64,000 nucleotides of DNA from Octopus vulgaris (GCA_951406725.2 OX597823.1:94798001-94862000), one strand, 5' to 3'; positions 14,335 to 27,317 are shown, counted from the first letter of the stretch. The notes: generated by a model not told the origin, from the letters alone. Made by a program: numbers and translations.

Positions 14335-17261
14335 CATATCTTTGTGTCTGTGTTTGTCCCCCACCACCGCTTGACAACCGGTGTTGGTGAGTTTACGTCC
14401 CTGTAACCTAGCAGTTCGACAAGAGAGACCAACAGAATAAGTACCAGGCTTTAAAAAGAAAAAAAAAGATTCTTCAAGGCTCTGCCCCAGCATGGCCACA
14501 GTTGAATGACTGAAACCAGTAAAAGATAGAAGATGGTTGTAAGTCTCAGATTATCACTTGTGCCTAATCAGTTCTTATCTGAGGGTTTATCTAATGCGAT
14601 TTCAGTGAGCACATTTGTTGTAGTGCACCTGAGCAAGCTACACAATAAGCTCATTACTATTGTTATAATTAATTTATGTAATTACAAGATTAATGTGTTA
14701 CTGTTCTGTTGTTGTTCAATACAGTTTAGTTACTCATTATGTAATGTAATTTTTGGCTCCTTTCTTATCCTGTCTGTCTATATGTCACTCACCTCTTATT
14801 CTCAAGTCATTTTTTCTATTTCTCTCTCTCATCTTCTCTCTCTCTCTTCCTCTCTCTCTCTCCGCCCCCTCTCTCCAACACATTTACCATTTCAGTTCTC
14901 ATCCCCATCTCAGATTTTTGTCTCTTCATCTCACTTTCAATTTACTCCACTTTTTCTCCATTATTATTGTTATTGTTATAATTATTATTATTATTATTTG
15001 CTAAGGCGGTGATTTGGCAGAATCGTTAGCATGCCGGGCAAAATACTTAGCGGTATTTTGTCTGCCGCTACATTCTGAGTTCAAATTCTGCCGAGGTCAG
15101 CATTGCCTTTCATCCTTTCGGGGTCGATAAATTAAGTACCAGTTACACACTGGGGTCGATATAATCAATTTAATCTGTTTGTCTGTCCTTGTTTGTCCTC
15201 TCTGTGTTTAGCCCTTGTGGGTAGTAAAGAAATAGGTATTTCGTCTGTCTTTACATTCTGAGTTCAAATTCTGCCGAGGTCGACTTTGCCTTTCATCCTT
15301 TCGGGGGTCAATAAAATAAATACCAGTTGAACACGATCGATTCACTCCCTTCTGCAAAACTATTGGCCTTCTCCCAAAATTGGAAGCATTACTACTACAA
15401 CTAAGTCTGTAAGGGTAGTGGATAGCAGTTACCAGAGCACTGAGTAAACACCTTGTGGTATTTAGTTACATTACATTAAGGCGGTGAGCTGGCAGAAACG
15501 TTAGTACTGCTTAGCGGTATTCCATCTGCTGTTACGTTCTGAGTTCAAATTCCACCGAGGTCGACTTTGCCTTTCATTCTTTCAGGGTCGATAAATTAAG
15601 TACCAGTTACGCACTGTGTCGATGTAATCGACTTAATCCGTTTGTCTCTCCTTGTTTGTCCCCTCTGTGTTTAGCCCTTGTGTTCTGAGCTCAATCCCTG
15701 CTGATGTCACCTTTGCCTTTCATCCTTCTAGGCTTAATGAAATACCAGTAATGTACTGTGGTCCATTAAATCGCTAACCCCTCCCCCTCCTTCCCTTTCC
15801 CCGTAAATACAAGACCTTGGGCCAATTATTATTAGGATTGCTGCTTTGCCATTTACTTCGTCTCATTTCTTTCTGCTGTTTGTTCTTGTTGCTCTTCTTT
15901 CTCTTCTTACCATTTTCTCCACTTTTCTTTGACACATTGCCAAGAAGTTGGTGCTTTGAATTCGCAGCTGCCACTGCATTCCTTGCAATGGCATCTTTCA
16001 GTTCTGCAGTTAAGCATCCATCGTAGAACATCAAACTTTTGTTCTTGTTGTTGTTTCTTTTTTTTTTCTTTGTTTCTTTCTATCTTCTGGTGTTGCTGTG
16101 TGGTAAGAAGTTGGCTTCCCAATCACATGGTTCTGGGTTCAGTCCTTCATGGCAATTTGGGCATGTGCCTTTCACTATAGCCTTGGGCTAACCAAAGCCT
16201 TATGAGTGGATTTGGTTGACAGAAACAAAAAGAAACCCATTGTGTGTGTGTGTGTATGTGTTTGTTTATCACCATTGCTTGACAACCGGTGTTTGCATCC
16301 CCATAACTTAGTAATTTGGTGAAAGTGACCAATAGAATAAATACCAGGCCTAAAAATTAAGTTCTAGGGGTCAATTCATTCAACTAAAAAAATTCTTCGA
16401 GGTGGTGCTCGAGCATGGCCACCGTGAAATGAGTGGAACAAGTAAAAGAATAAAAGAATATGCAAAATGCCTGGCAAATGAGAGGCGTTACCAAGGCAAC
16501 CTGGATGAGGTTTTGGGAGAGTCGTTTGAAGTGATTCTAGTGCATTCATCATCATCATCATTGTTTTAATGTTCTCTTTTCCATGCCTACATGGGGCAGA
16601 TTCTCCATGGCCAAATGCCCTTCCTGTTGTCAACCATCACTGTTTCCAAGCAATTGTCATATATCATCATCATTTAGCATCTATTGTCCATGCTGGCATG
16701 GGTTGAACAGTTTGACCAGGGCTGGCAAGCTGAGGGGTTGCACTAGACTCCAGTCTGATGTGGCATGGTTTTCTATGGCTGGATGCCCTTCCTAATGCCA
16801 ACCACTTCTAGAGTGTAATGGGTGCTTTTACATGCCACTGGCATGGCTGCCATTTGCGTGACACCAATATTTTACTTGGTTAGACGGGTCTTCTTCTCAA
16901 GCACGACATAATGCCAAAGGTCTCAGTCATTGTCTCTGTGAGGCCCAACACTCAAAAGGAGCTTTTCACATGCCACTGACATCAACCACTTTGCCTCCAT
17001 GAGGCCCAACTCTCAAATGGTGCTTTTCACATGTCATAGCATTGGTGCCAGTTATGTGACACCAGCATCAGCCATGACTACGATTTCATTTGGCTTGACA
17101 GGTCCTTTCAAGTGCAGTATATCGCCAAAGGTCTCGGTCACTAGTCATTGCCTCTGTAATATATATATATAGTTAATCCAAACATGAAAACACAATAACA
17201 CGAGGACGTGGAACAAGTATAATGTTATTGGACGCTCAGGAAAGGAAAGAAAGAAGGAGGA

Positions 17262-17294
17262 TTTAACGTTTCGAGCAGAGCTCTTCGTCAGAAA
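17262..17294 (-). ncRNA. Minimal hammerhead motif in Penelope-type terminus (element ~17168-17375)
   Basis: TTT-CTGACGA-A-GAGC(TCT)GCTC-GAAA-CG-TT-AAA; flanked by (TA)n. Confidence 0.65.
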
Positions 17295-17390
17295 CATAGG
17301 AAAAGGAAAGATCCAATGAAAGAAAGATGGAGGAAAAAAATCGCCAACGATACACATGCGGTCACATTTTGAAAATATATATATATATGT

Positions 17391-17675
17391 GGAGGTGCAA
17401 TGGCCCAGTGGTTAGGACAGTGGACTCTCAGTCGTAGGATCACGGTTTCAATTCCCAGACCAGGCGTTGTGTTTATTGAGCTAAAACACCTAAAGCTCCA
17501 CGAGGCTCCGGGGGTGGTGGCGATCCCTACTGTACTCTTTCGCCACAACTTTCTCTCACTCTTTCTTCTATTGGCCTGCTCGCTTAGCCAGTGGGGTGGC
17601 GTCATTTTATGGCTAAAACAATGCGAAGCGCATTGTGACCAGCGATGTGTAACAACATCTGATAGCCTGGTTGGT

Positions 17676-17681
<6 letters not shown>
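17391..17681 (+). mobile_element. tRNA-derived SINE (third family) between (TA)n tracts
   Basis: A box TGGCCCAGTGG, B-box-like GGTTTCAATTCCC. Confidence 0.65.
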
Positions 17682-17725
<44 letters not shown>

Positions 17726-18488
17726 GGTGTATATGTGCGTGTAGGTGCTTGTGCCTCTCCGAAAGAGAGAGAGAGGGATTGGCATGATATTTGTTTCTGT
17801 AAATGGTCAATATTTTCATTCCACTTCTCATACAATGTTATGGGATCCATGTCATAATATGTGGGAATATGTAACATTTATATCAAAGTTTTACTGAATT
17901 CCTTTTGGTTTTGGCATACTACACCAGCCAGGTCCTGGCATGATGTCCTAATAAGGTGATGGCTGGGATTAAAATTATCCTCTCCCCCCTCACATGTCAA
18001 ACAATGAGAATGAGTGCTTTTATTTGTATATTGTATATTAAGGCTACCATTGGTTTCATGTTAAGAAAATATAATATTCTAACTATTTTTTAAGCTGATC
18101 ACATGGATGAATGGTATTTGTCTACATTTTAGATTAACCCCCCCCCCCTGCACACACAAATATGGAGAAAAACATGGACTGGTAACATCTGGAATGTCTC
18201 TGGTCAGAGATTTGTTTCATCAATGCTGATCTTGGGCAGCTGCTACCACCACTGTTGCTACTGTTGCTACTACTACTACTACTACTACTACAATCATATG
18301 TGATGTTTTTTTGTTTCCTTGTATTTTCTTAAATCATTTTGTTTGCCATTCCATCATTATTGAAGCAGCTTTATGTGATTTTTACCATTATTTCAGTACC
18401 AAGAACCCTCTTTTATAGTGTCTTAGTCTTCAAGTATTTCCTTCCCTGTTTTATCGTATTAAGACTTTCACCTGATTATATTTTCCAG

Positions 18489-18581
18489 GTAAACACGATA
18501 TGTTGGAATGATACTGGACAATATATTCTGTCAGGTTCCGATGATCAATATTTGGTTGTTACCAATCCCTTTGATGGTAAA
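18489..18581 (+). CDS. DCAF6: DCAF6 exon: [31 protein letters not shown] (WD40)
   Basis: ttccag acceptor, GTAAGT donor; signature [17 protein letters not shown]. Confidence 0.96.
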
Positions 18582-20677
18582 GTAAGTAGATTTAAATTGG
18601 CATTATTGTATTTGTTGTTTAGTCCTCCTTTTCTCTTCCCTACACACCTCCAGGTCAGCCTTGCTCCTGCCAGCCGACCTATGACCGAAAACATTTCGGC
18701 TAATATAAGGTTGGCTGATGACGGGAAAGATAAAACCTGCTTTGTAACTCACTGGTTCTGTGTTCAATCCCACTGTGTGGCCCCTTAGGCAAGTGTCTTC
18801 TACAAAAGACTTGGGCAGACCAATGTCTTGTGAATGAATTTGGCTCATGGAAAGTGTGAGGAAACCTATCATGTGTGTGTGTATCTGTGTTTATCCCTCA
18901 CTCACATCACTTGACAACCAGCATTGGTTTGATTACATCCCCATAACTTACTAGTTCAGCAAAGAACGCTGATCAAATAAACATAAATACCAGGGTGCTA
19001 CTAAAACTCTTTGGGGCAGTGTTCCAGCATGGGCCACAATTCAGAGACTGAAACAAGTAAAGAAATACACATTGTTATTATTCATCTGAGCTCAAATTGC
19101 ACTTAGGTCAACTTTGTCTTTCATCCTTTTGGGGGTCAATAAGTACCAGTTGCACACTGAGGTTGATGTAATCGACTTATTCCCACCTTTAAACCTGTTG
19201 GCTTTGTGCCGAAATTTGAAATCATCATCATTATTATTATTGGCCCTTGTGCTGGTGGCATGTAAAAGCATCAACTACACTCTCAGAGTGGTTGGCATTA
19301 GGAAGGGCATCCAGCTGTAGAAACTCTGCCAGATCAGATTGGAGTCTGGCTCACCAGTCCCCAGTCAAATTGTCCAACCTGTGCCAGCATGGAAAGCGGA
19401 TGTTAAACGATGATGATGATAATTACTATTATTATTGAGTGAGAGAGCATTGCATGCCATCAAAGTGACACCATGGTACAAATCTATGAAGCCCAGTATA
19501 CCCATCATGACTAACCGTCTGATAAGGGTGCACCAGGAACATACATCATAACCATATGTGCATGACATAGTGATCTCATATCAAGGTAAACAGCGCATGA
19601 CGTTGCAGGTGGGGCCCAGTTAGAATTTTCTTCCGATTGAGTCACCCATCCTGCTCAAAAGGTCCCTGAATAAGGGTTGTTTAAGGATGATGAACAATGC
19701 ACCCATGTTTCCAAAGTTGAACTATCCAAACCCCAAAGAATTCCTCTCAACACATGGCTATGATGCTCCCCAATTACTTCTTGTGATCAGAGATGCACAT
19801 ATTGTCAGCCACTAAGGGACATGCTCAACTGATTACGGTCAAACAACTGACAAGCAAATCTGTGGTATTGAGCAGAATATTTGCTGTAGCCCATCTTTTA
19901 TACCAAGATGAAATATGTATATGATACTGCTTTCATTCAATTAAGATCAGAAGCCATGAGAACTAGTATTGTTATTAATATTATTATTTCCCATTTGGCA
20001 CGTGCAGTTAACTTTGTCTCTTTGGGGTAAGTAGATGTAGCAACACACCACCTGGTCCTTGAGTTCCATCAGCAAAGTATTGGGACCATATCTTTGGTCT
20101 AACAATGGACAACATTACCCAAAACATTCTGCACTCCTATGTCTTGCTGCCAGAAACCTCTTAGTTATGGTTTCTTCCTCCTTTCTGCATTCCATTTATC
20201 TCAGAGACCTTGTAAAAGTTCATCAAGTGCTGACCCTCATCATCTGACCAAGTAATTAATAAATAACATCTCCTTCCGTCCTTCCTTCCTTTCATTGCAT
20301 CAAAAGGTTGAAGAATAGTCCTTGAGGACTTCTTTGATAAGTACTGTGGTCTTGTCTTCTGACAGCACAAAGATGGTTTTGTCATAATCATCATTTAATG
20401 TCTATTGTCCATTCTGGCATTGGTTGGATGGTTTGATCAGAGCTGCTGGCAAGTTGGGGAGCTTCACCAGACTCCATTCTGGTTTGGAATGGTTTCTATG
20501 GTTGGCTGTCCTTGGTAATGCCAACTATTTTACAGAGTATGGTGGATACTTTTGCAAGGCACCACACAGGCACTTTTTGTACCCAGATTGTCTCTCAGAC
20601 AATCTAGATACAAGAATTTGGTGCAAATGTGAATAATATTTCCTTTCTCTGTTTTATTTGCTTTGTTCTATTTTCAG

Positions 20678-20755
20678 AAAGTGGCATCCATCCGATCAGG
20701 TCACCGAGCCAACATCTTTAGTGCAAAGTTTTTACCAAATTCTCAAGACAAAGAG
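20678..20755 (+). CDS. DCAF6: DCAF6 exon: KVASIRSGHRANIFSAKFLPNSQDKE
   Basis: ttttcag/GTAAT boundaries; IRSGHRANIFSAKFLP motif. Confidence 0.96.
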
Positions 20756-22950
20756 GTAATCGTTTCACTACATTTTGTCCTGTTTTTCTTATTTCTTGTT
20801 TTTACATCCATTTCCCCACTGGATTGATTTTTCTGATGAAGCAACAATTTTTTCTACATAATTTTTTTCCTGTTGATCTACATGTTCGATTCTTGTCTCC
20901 CAATTCAGTTAATCATCGAACCCAATTATATTACATCACAAATGGTCCTTTATATTTTCAATGTCACTCAGCCATATTGATCTTCTACTCTTATCACCAT
21001 GTTGTGGCCTATCTATTTAAAAATTATTTAATACAGTGGAACTTTGGTTTACATATTTAATTTGTTCCTGTAGGCCATTTATCACCTGAAATGTTCGTAA
21101 ATCAAAACTATTTTCCTCATAGGAAATTCAAGAAAAGCCACAACAAATTCAAGCAAGGATTTGCCCTGAATAAAAACTAGACAACAATTGATGCTCTCCC
21201 TCTGGTAATCCTGACTTGTTGTCAACTGTTGTTGTCAGCTTCCATGTTCGCCACTCAAGACACCATTCATCACCCAAGATGCTTTATACTCGAAAGATTG
21301 TTCATAAACTGATTTGTTCCTGATGACAGGCATTTGTAGACTGAAGCACCACTGTATTTAATTCTTATTTCTAACAAAGATGATTTCTGAGCTGAAACTC
21401 ACACATTTAAAATTAGACTTTAATGAAAAGAAATGATCAAATCAGGCACCCCCCCCTACACACACACATGCACACACTTCAAATCTTTCCCGCTTCTCTC
21501 TTAAGAACAAGACAAATGCAAAAACAGATTAAGCATTATACTGTACTTGAGAAGAGCCAAGCGAAATCGTAATCGAGGCAGATACCAGTGCCACTCAACT
21601 GGCATCCATCCGGGTGGCACGTAAAAGCACCCATTAATACACTCTCGAAGTGGTTGGCATTAGGTAGGACCTCCGACTGTAGAAATGATGCCAAATCACA
21701 CTGGAGTCTGGTGTAGCCCCCTCATCTTGCCAAACTGTCCAACCTATGCCAGCATGGACAACAGACGTTAAATGATGGTGGTGATAATGATGCATGGTTA
21801 AGAAGTTTACTTCTCAATCACATGGTTTCAGGTTCAATCTTACTGTGTGGCGTATTGAGCAAGTGTCATCTACAGTAGTTTTAAGTTGACCAAAACCTTG
21901 TACGAAGGGAGACTGGGTTGATAAAATCTGGAACCCCTTCGATTACAAGTTTGCTCAGTCGAAGTTGAAGTTAACAACACCTCTTTGCTAAGTCATAATG
22001 TGTTGGACCACTCTGCCAACATGTCTCCATCTACACCACACATGCACACACACACACACACATGACATTACCAGACCTACAGTGCTGTTTGCCATACAAA
22101 AAGTGAAGTGGTTGGTGTTATGAAGGGTATCCAGCTGTAAAAAAAAAACATGCCCAAACAGACAAGTGGTGCCTGGTGCAGCCCTCCGGCCTTGCCAGCT
22201 TCTGTTAAACTGTCCAACCCATGCCAGCATGTAAAACGGATGATAAATGATGATGATGATGGCCGTACTAGAAGCAACATGCCTTCTTCTGCAATTCATT
22301 TTTCTCTCTACCCTCCACCACTGCCATACATTTGCCACACCCAACATACCTCCTTAGGCTCCACCACACAACGTTACCATTCTTCCTTGTAAACCATAAA
22401 CAACCAAGCACTTTATGGAACATAAGTTGTGCTATGCGAAGGAGGACTCGACAGCAGAATGACTTGGTTAACGAGACTGGATCTATTTGTTACTAATCGA
22501 TATTTAATGAATCCATCACCACTGTGCTATAGAATTACATCGTCAAAACTGAATGAAGCGAAACACAGCATGAATAAAACTACTCCCAACATGGCATCCT
22601 CGAGTCGAGAGGTCCTTTACATGGTTGTGCAAACCACTAGAAACAGCAGCCATACTGTTTTGGAAAAAAAAAAAACACATTCGACAATGAGAATGTATAT
22701 GATATCAAAAATGTTATGGATATACCATGTTTGAAGATGGTGTGATGGTCATGGCTGGAATACTCTTGATCAAGTATTTACTCAATCAGTGATAATCTAG
22801 AACAGTGGTTTGCAACTATTTTTCACCCTTTGGTTCCTATTTTATTCAAGTGGACCCTCTTTGCCATTTGATGGTTTAAAAAATCCTGATTATTATTGGA
22901 GAGTATTGTAGTTCGCTTGAAGTATTGTGTATTGTTTGTGAAATATAATA

Positions 22951-23206
22951 TGTCTTGAATGGCCCAACAATGCAGAGTGGACTATAATAACTGTTATAAA
23001 ATATTCAATTATTCCTAGTCTGATACAATATTTTGGAATATAAAAATTCCTTCTTCAGATATTGCTAGGAATTGATGGAGTCACTGCTAAAACTGATTAT
23101 AGCAGTGACCTGATCAATTCCTAGCAATATCTGAAGAAGGAATTTTTAATATTCAGACTATAACAGTTATTATAGTCCACTCTGCATTGTCATGCCATTC
23201 AAGACA
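22951..23206. mobile_element. Decayed Penelope-type fold-back with HHR remnant
   Basis: Imperfect palindrome centred near 23095; minus strand 23023-23062 reads ATAT-CTGAAGA-AGGAAT..ATTCC-AAAA-TATTGTAT (GAAA mutated). Confidence 0.6.
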
Positions 23207-23232
23207 CCAATTATTATATTTTTAGTATTAAA

Positions 23233-23607
23233 CTAGCACTATGACCCAGTGCTGCCGAGTCATAGTGCTAGTGCATGCATATACAGCTGTGTGCGAGCGC
23301 ACATACACACGAGTACTGTCCAAATCTCCGACCAATCACATACAGCTAGCTGGCATTTAATTGGCGTATCAAGTTTCGGGCATTTTGATTGGGTTTTGGA
23401 TAGAAAATTCACAAAAAAGTCACTTCTATTGATTTTTTTTTAATGGCTTTGTAGGGTGACTGGGAAAATGTAAAGATGTGCATGACTACCCTTGGACGGT
23501 TTTGAATGACCATAGAAAGTGCGAGCCCTCTATCTGAAAAATTGTGGATTTGTATAAAGGACATGCACACACACACACAGACATTTTGCCGTTTATATAT
23601 AGAGAGA
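23233..23607 (-). mobile_element. Non-autonomous Helitron-like element
   Basis: 5' TC(TC)TATATATAAA, (TG)n, 3' hairpin ending CTAG, A|T insertion site. Confidence 0.65.
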
Positions 23608-23867
23608 TATTGTTAAGAATTCTATAAAAATATGTTAAAATATTTTGTGCATTTATTGAAGAAGTATAACCAGTTTGCTGCACAAAAATTTAAAAAACAA
23701 AATCTTATGTGGAGCTCCAAGGGTCTTATGGCCCTTGGTTAAGAACCAGGGATCTACAATGAAATAGTGCTGATGACATACCATCACTGATGCTATTTTA
23801 ATGGCAACCACCATTATTACCAAACCCACGACCTTTAACAATAACCAAAATCAAAATAAATTCGATG

Positions 23868-24370
23868 ACTGGCGTCCGTGCTAGCAGGGTGCAAAGAGCA
23901 CCGTACGAGTGTGATCATTGACAGAGCGGCTAACTGGCTTCCGTGCCAGTGGCACTTAAAGGGCACCATTCGAGCGTGATCGTTACCAGTGTCGCCTTAC
24001 TGGCACTTGAGCACCATCCGAGTGTGATCGTTGCTAGAGCGGCTATCTGGCCTCCGTGCCGGTGGCACATAAAAGACACCATTCGAGCATGACTGTTACC
24101 AGCATTGCCTTACTGGCACCTGTGCCGGTGGCATGTGTAAAAGATTTGAGCGAGGTCATTGCCAGTACTGCCTGACTGGCCCCGTGCTGGTGGCACGTAA
24201 AAGCACCCACTACACTCTTGGAGTGGTTGGCATTAGGAAGGGCATCCAGCTGTAGAAACTCTGCCAGATCAAGATTGGAGCCTGGTGCAGCCATCTGGTT
24301 CGCCAGCCCTCAGTCATTCATCCAACCCATGCCAGCATGGAAAGCAGACGTTAAACGATGATGATGATGA
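23868..24370 (+). repeat. RTE 3'UTR-derived repeat: tandem ~60-nt units plus ~190-nt terminus and (GAT)n; many dispersed copies (e.g. 28820-29090, 46640-47080, 47210-47520, 53030-53340, 60070-60626)
   Basis: Recurrent GTGCCGGTGGCACGTAAAAAGCACC units, GGTTGGCGTTAGGAAGGGCATCCAGC and CCAACCCATGCCAGCATGGAAAGC...(GAT)n; same as 3' end of the LINE copies. Confidence 0.85.
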
Positions 24371-24561
24371 CAGCAATCATGGCAAGAAGCAAGAGACCCA
24401 ATGAGACATCTTAAGGACATCCCATTCTATAGATTTCTTAATTGTTAGGTAAAACTCACATTTCACCATTGATATTGTCTTTATTTATACAAAGAAAAAA
24501 CATATTTGGTTTGAATGTTATTGAAAGAATCTTTTCATTTGTTGCTTTTCTTTGTTTCCAG

Positions 24562-24666
24562 GTGATCTCTTGTTCGGGTGATGGGAAAATATTCTACACC
24601 CATGTCGACCGAGAAGACACTTATGGCACCCATTGCTTTGACTGTCACTTTGGTACCACTTATGAG
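24562..24666 (+). CDS. DCAF6: DCAF6 exon: VISCSGDGKIFYTHVDREDTYGTHCFDCHFGTTYE
   Basis: ttccag/GTTTGT boundaries; SCSGDG and CHxGTTYE motifs. Confidence 0.95.
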
Positions 24667-24916
24667 GTTTGTCCACTCTAATAATATTCTTGGTTGTCAC
24701 TTTGGACCATGAATGCATCCATTTTTGATGTGCATCATTTTGTTGCCGTATGATTGTGTGTATATGTGTTGGACTACAGCCTCCCTTCACACAATAGGCT
24801 CCACTCATACCACAGCCTCCACTCACATCATAGGCTCCACTCATACTCTATCTCATAATGCTATGTAGAACAGTGTGATACGTTTAGAATACCTGAATAT
24901 ATATGTATGTGTGTAT

Positions 24917-24953
<37 letters not shown>

Positions 24954-26157
24954 CACAGTCGCCATGATAGATCGTTAGCCACTACACACATTCTTTTTCT
25001 CTCCTTGTTTCTCTCCTTGTTTTTTCTGTGTCCCTTTCTGTAGAAGTGTAGGCTCGAAACGTAAAAGACTTTTTCTATTCCTGAGCGTTATACTAATACA
25101 TCTGTTTGTTTTGTACACCACCTGTCTTCGTCTTTTGTTTATTTCGTAAACTCTCCCTATATATATATATATTGTGAGAGAGGAAGCTATGTAATGTTAA
25201 AAAATGTTTATAATTGATAGAAAACCAAAATACAAACATTGACATATTAAAAAGGCAGGGCATAATATTCACATCACTTTAATAGGGTAACTTTTACTGA
25301 ATGATAAACTTATAAGTACAAAACCCCTAAAATTGTAAAATTGTTTTAGTGACTTACTTTAGAATTAAAGGTTCTTAGACTCCCATTCAGCACACAACAA
25401 GGATATCAGGGGCACAAACTGAAATGAAAGTATTTCTATATTTAATGATGAAGTTAGTCAGAAACCTCATAATATTCTTCTTGAACATGTTTAGTTGTAC
25501 ATCATTATGTTCTGATTTCAAATCCTGCCCAGACTGGCTTTTATCTCTGTGGGTTCAGTTAAAGTGCCAGCAAAGTGTTGGAAGAGAAGAAGGGGTCAAT
25601 TTGATAAACTCTATCCGTCCTCTCTAAATATGTGGAAATCCTTATGTTTATAATTAAAACTATGGTTTGCTTTGGAACCCTATGGTTTCAGGTTCAGTTC
25701 CACCATATGGTACCTTGGCCAATTCTCTTCTACAATAGTCCTGGATTAGTCAAAGCTTTGTGAGTGTATTTGGCAGATCGAAACTGAAAGACGCCCACTG
25801 TATGTGGGATAGAGATACCCATGTAAATATACAGGTGTCTCTATGCATTAAAGTCTCTATGTATTTCTGTCTCCTTGTCATGACATTACATGCCTCTCTC
25901 TCTTTCTCTCTCTCTCAATCTCTCTCTCTCTCCCTCTCCCTCTCTCTCTCACATACACAAGCAGTGTTTTTCGTTTGCAGTTTTCCATAGAAACATGTCA
26001 GGATTAGGGGAAAATATTTCCTTGCTAAGAAACAGATAAAGATTTCTGAAAGGAAGAGCATCTGCTTCAACAAATCCTGTCTGACCCATGCAAGCATAGG
26101 TCAGTGGATGTTAAACCTATGATGATGATTATGTATTTACGAATGTATCTTTTGTAG

Positions 26158-26271
26158 GTTGTGGTTGTACCCAATGAAGCTTCCACCTTCCTCTCTTGTG
26201 GAGAAGACTGCACTGTTCGATGGTTTGATCTCCGTATGAAAAACAAGTGCCATAAAGATGATTGCCGAGAT
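26158..26271 (+). CDS. DCAF6: DCAF6 exon: [38 protein letters not shown]
   Basis: tgtag/GTGAGT boundaries; [15 protein letters not shown] motif. Confidence 0.96.
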
Positions 26272-26668
26272 GTGAGTTAAACAGACTTCATTCAGTTGGC
26301 TGGTTTTATTATGTAAAATTGTATGAAATAAGATCTTGTTCTTTCAACATAAAGTAAGAACTGGTTTGGTATTGCTTATCAAACTAAGGGTTGAAAAATA
26401 GACATGTTACTAGGGAGAAAAAAAAGACATATTACTAGGGGAGATAATTGTTCATTCATTTATTTTACAGTAAAGGGGAGGAAAATCTGTAATTTTTATT
26501 TTTGGTCTGTCTTATTCTGGCTTATATCTTACAATAAAAGGGGGTAAATCTTTTATTTTTAATATGGGTTCATATCTAATTCTGGTTTATATTTTTTGAT
26601 AAATGAGGCTTCTTCATTCAGTCTTACTTGTGTTGAGGTCCAGAAAGCAAGTTGATAAAATGGGAAAA

Positions 26669-27220
26669 TTACGAATTGTGGCTGTAATCATTCTGCACAT
26701 TTAGTGTTTTAAGGGTAGGTGTATTGCTGTGTTTGGCTTTTCTTAATGTTTTAATATTAATCGATTTTGCACGTTTAATTCTTTCGTTTATGAGGTGAGT
26801 TGGGTAGTGCCTGTTCTGGAGTACCTTTTTAAGCTTTTGCAATCTTAGTTCTCTAATATTTTCTCGGGTACTATGGTGCAAATCCTTCTTGCATGGTCGA
26901 AGGGGATATTTATTTTGATATGTCGCAGGTGACATGAGCTAAATAATATTGTTTAGCGTCTGTGGCCTTGTAAAAAATGTCTGTTTTTATTTCTTCTTTG
27001 TTTATTTTTTAAATCAGTATGTCTAGGAATGGGAGTCCCTCTTGGTTATTTTCCATTGTGAATTGTATGTCGGTGTTAATGCTATTGAGGAGTCTTTTGA
27101 ACTCCAGGAGCTTATCTATGTTTTCATTCCAGAGGATGAAGCAATTGTCCAAAAATCTTTTCCAGTTTTCTTTTATATATTGGGAGAGAGGGTTTCCAAA
27201 TTTTGAAAATGACTCCTGAT
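26669..27220 (-). mobile_element. Penelope-like element RT C-terminal fragment (degenerate)
   Basis: WKRFLDNCFILW (YLDD-type), QFTMENNQEGLPFLDILI, TDIFYKATD, IPFDHARRICTIV, RHYPTHLI; frameshifted. Confidence 0.8.
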
Positions 27221-27317
27221 ATAATGTTATTTCTAAAAATCTTAAAAAGGGTTAAATACTCTTTTGTGTGTGTTTTGTTAAAAAAAAAAGATATTTTTTT
27301 TGTTGATTCATTTCTAG

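Larger units (their letters stand above)
22803..23751. mobile_element. hAT/Charlie-like MITE hosting nested insertions; related copy 3726-4029
   Basis: CAGTGGTT...AACCAGGG ends; 8-bp TSD atctagaa/atctacaa. Confidence 0.65.

Noticed and set aside
21318-21352. Possible hammerhead (CTGATGA-CAG..CTG-AAG)
   Set aside because: No GAAA box and no convincing stem I/III
23868-24210. CRISPR-like repeat-spacer appearance
   Set aside because: Eukaryotic context; the 'spacers' are homologous to each other; no cas genes; part of an RTE 3'UTR
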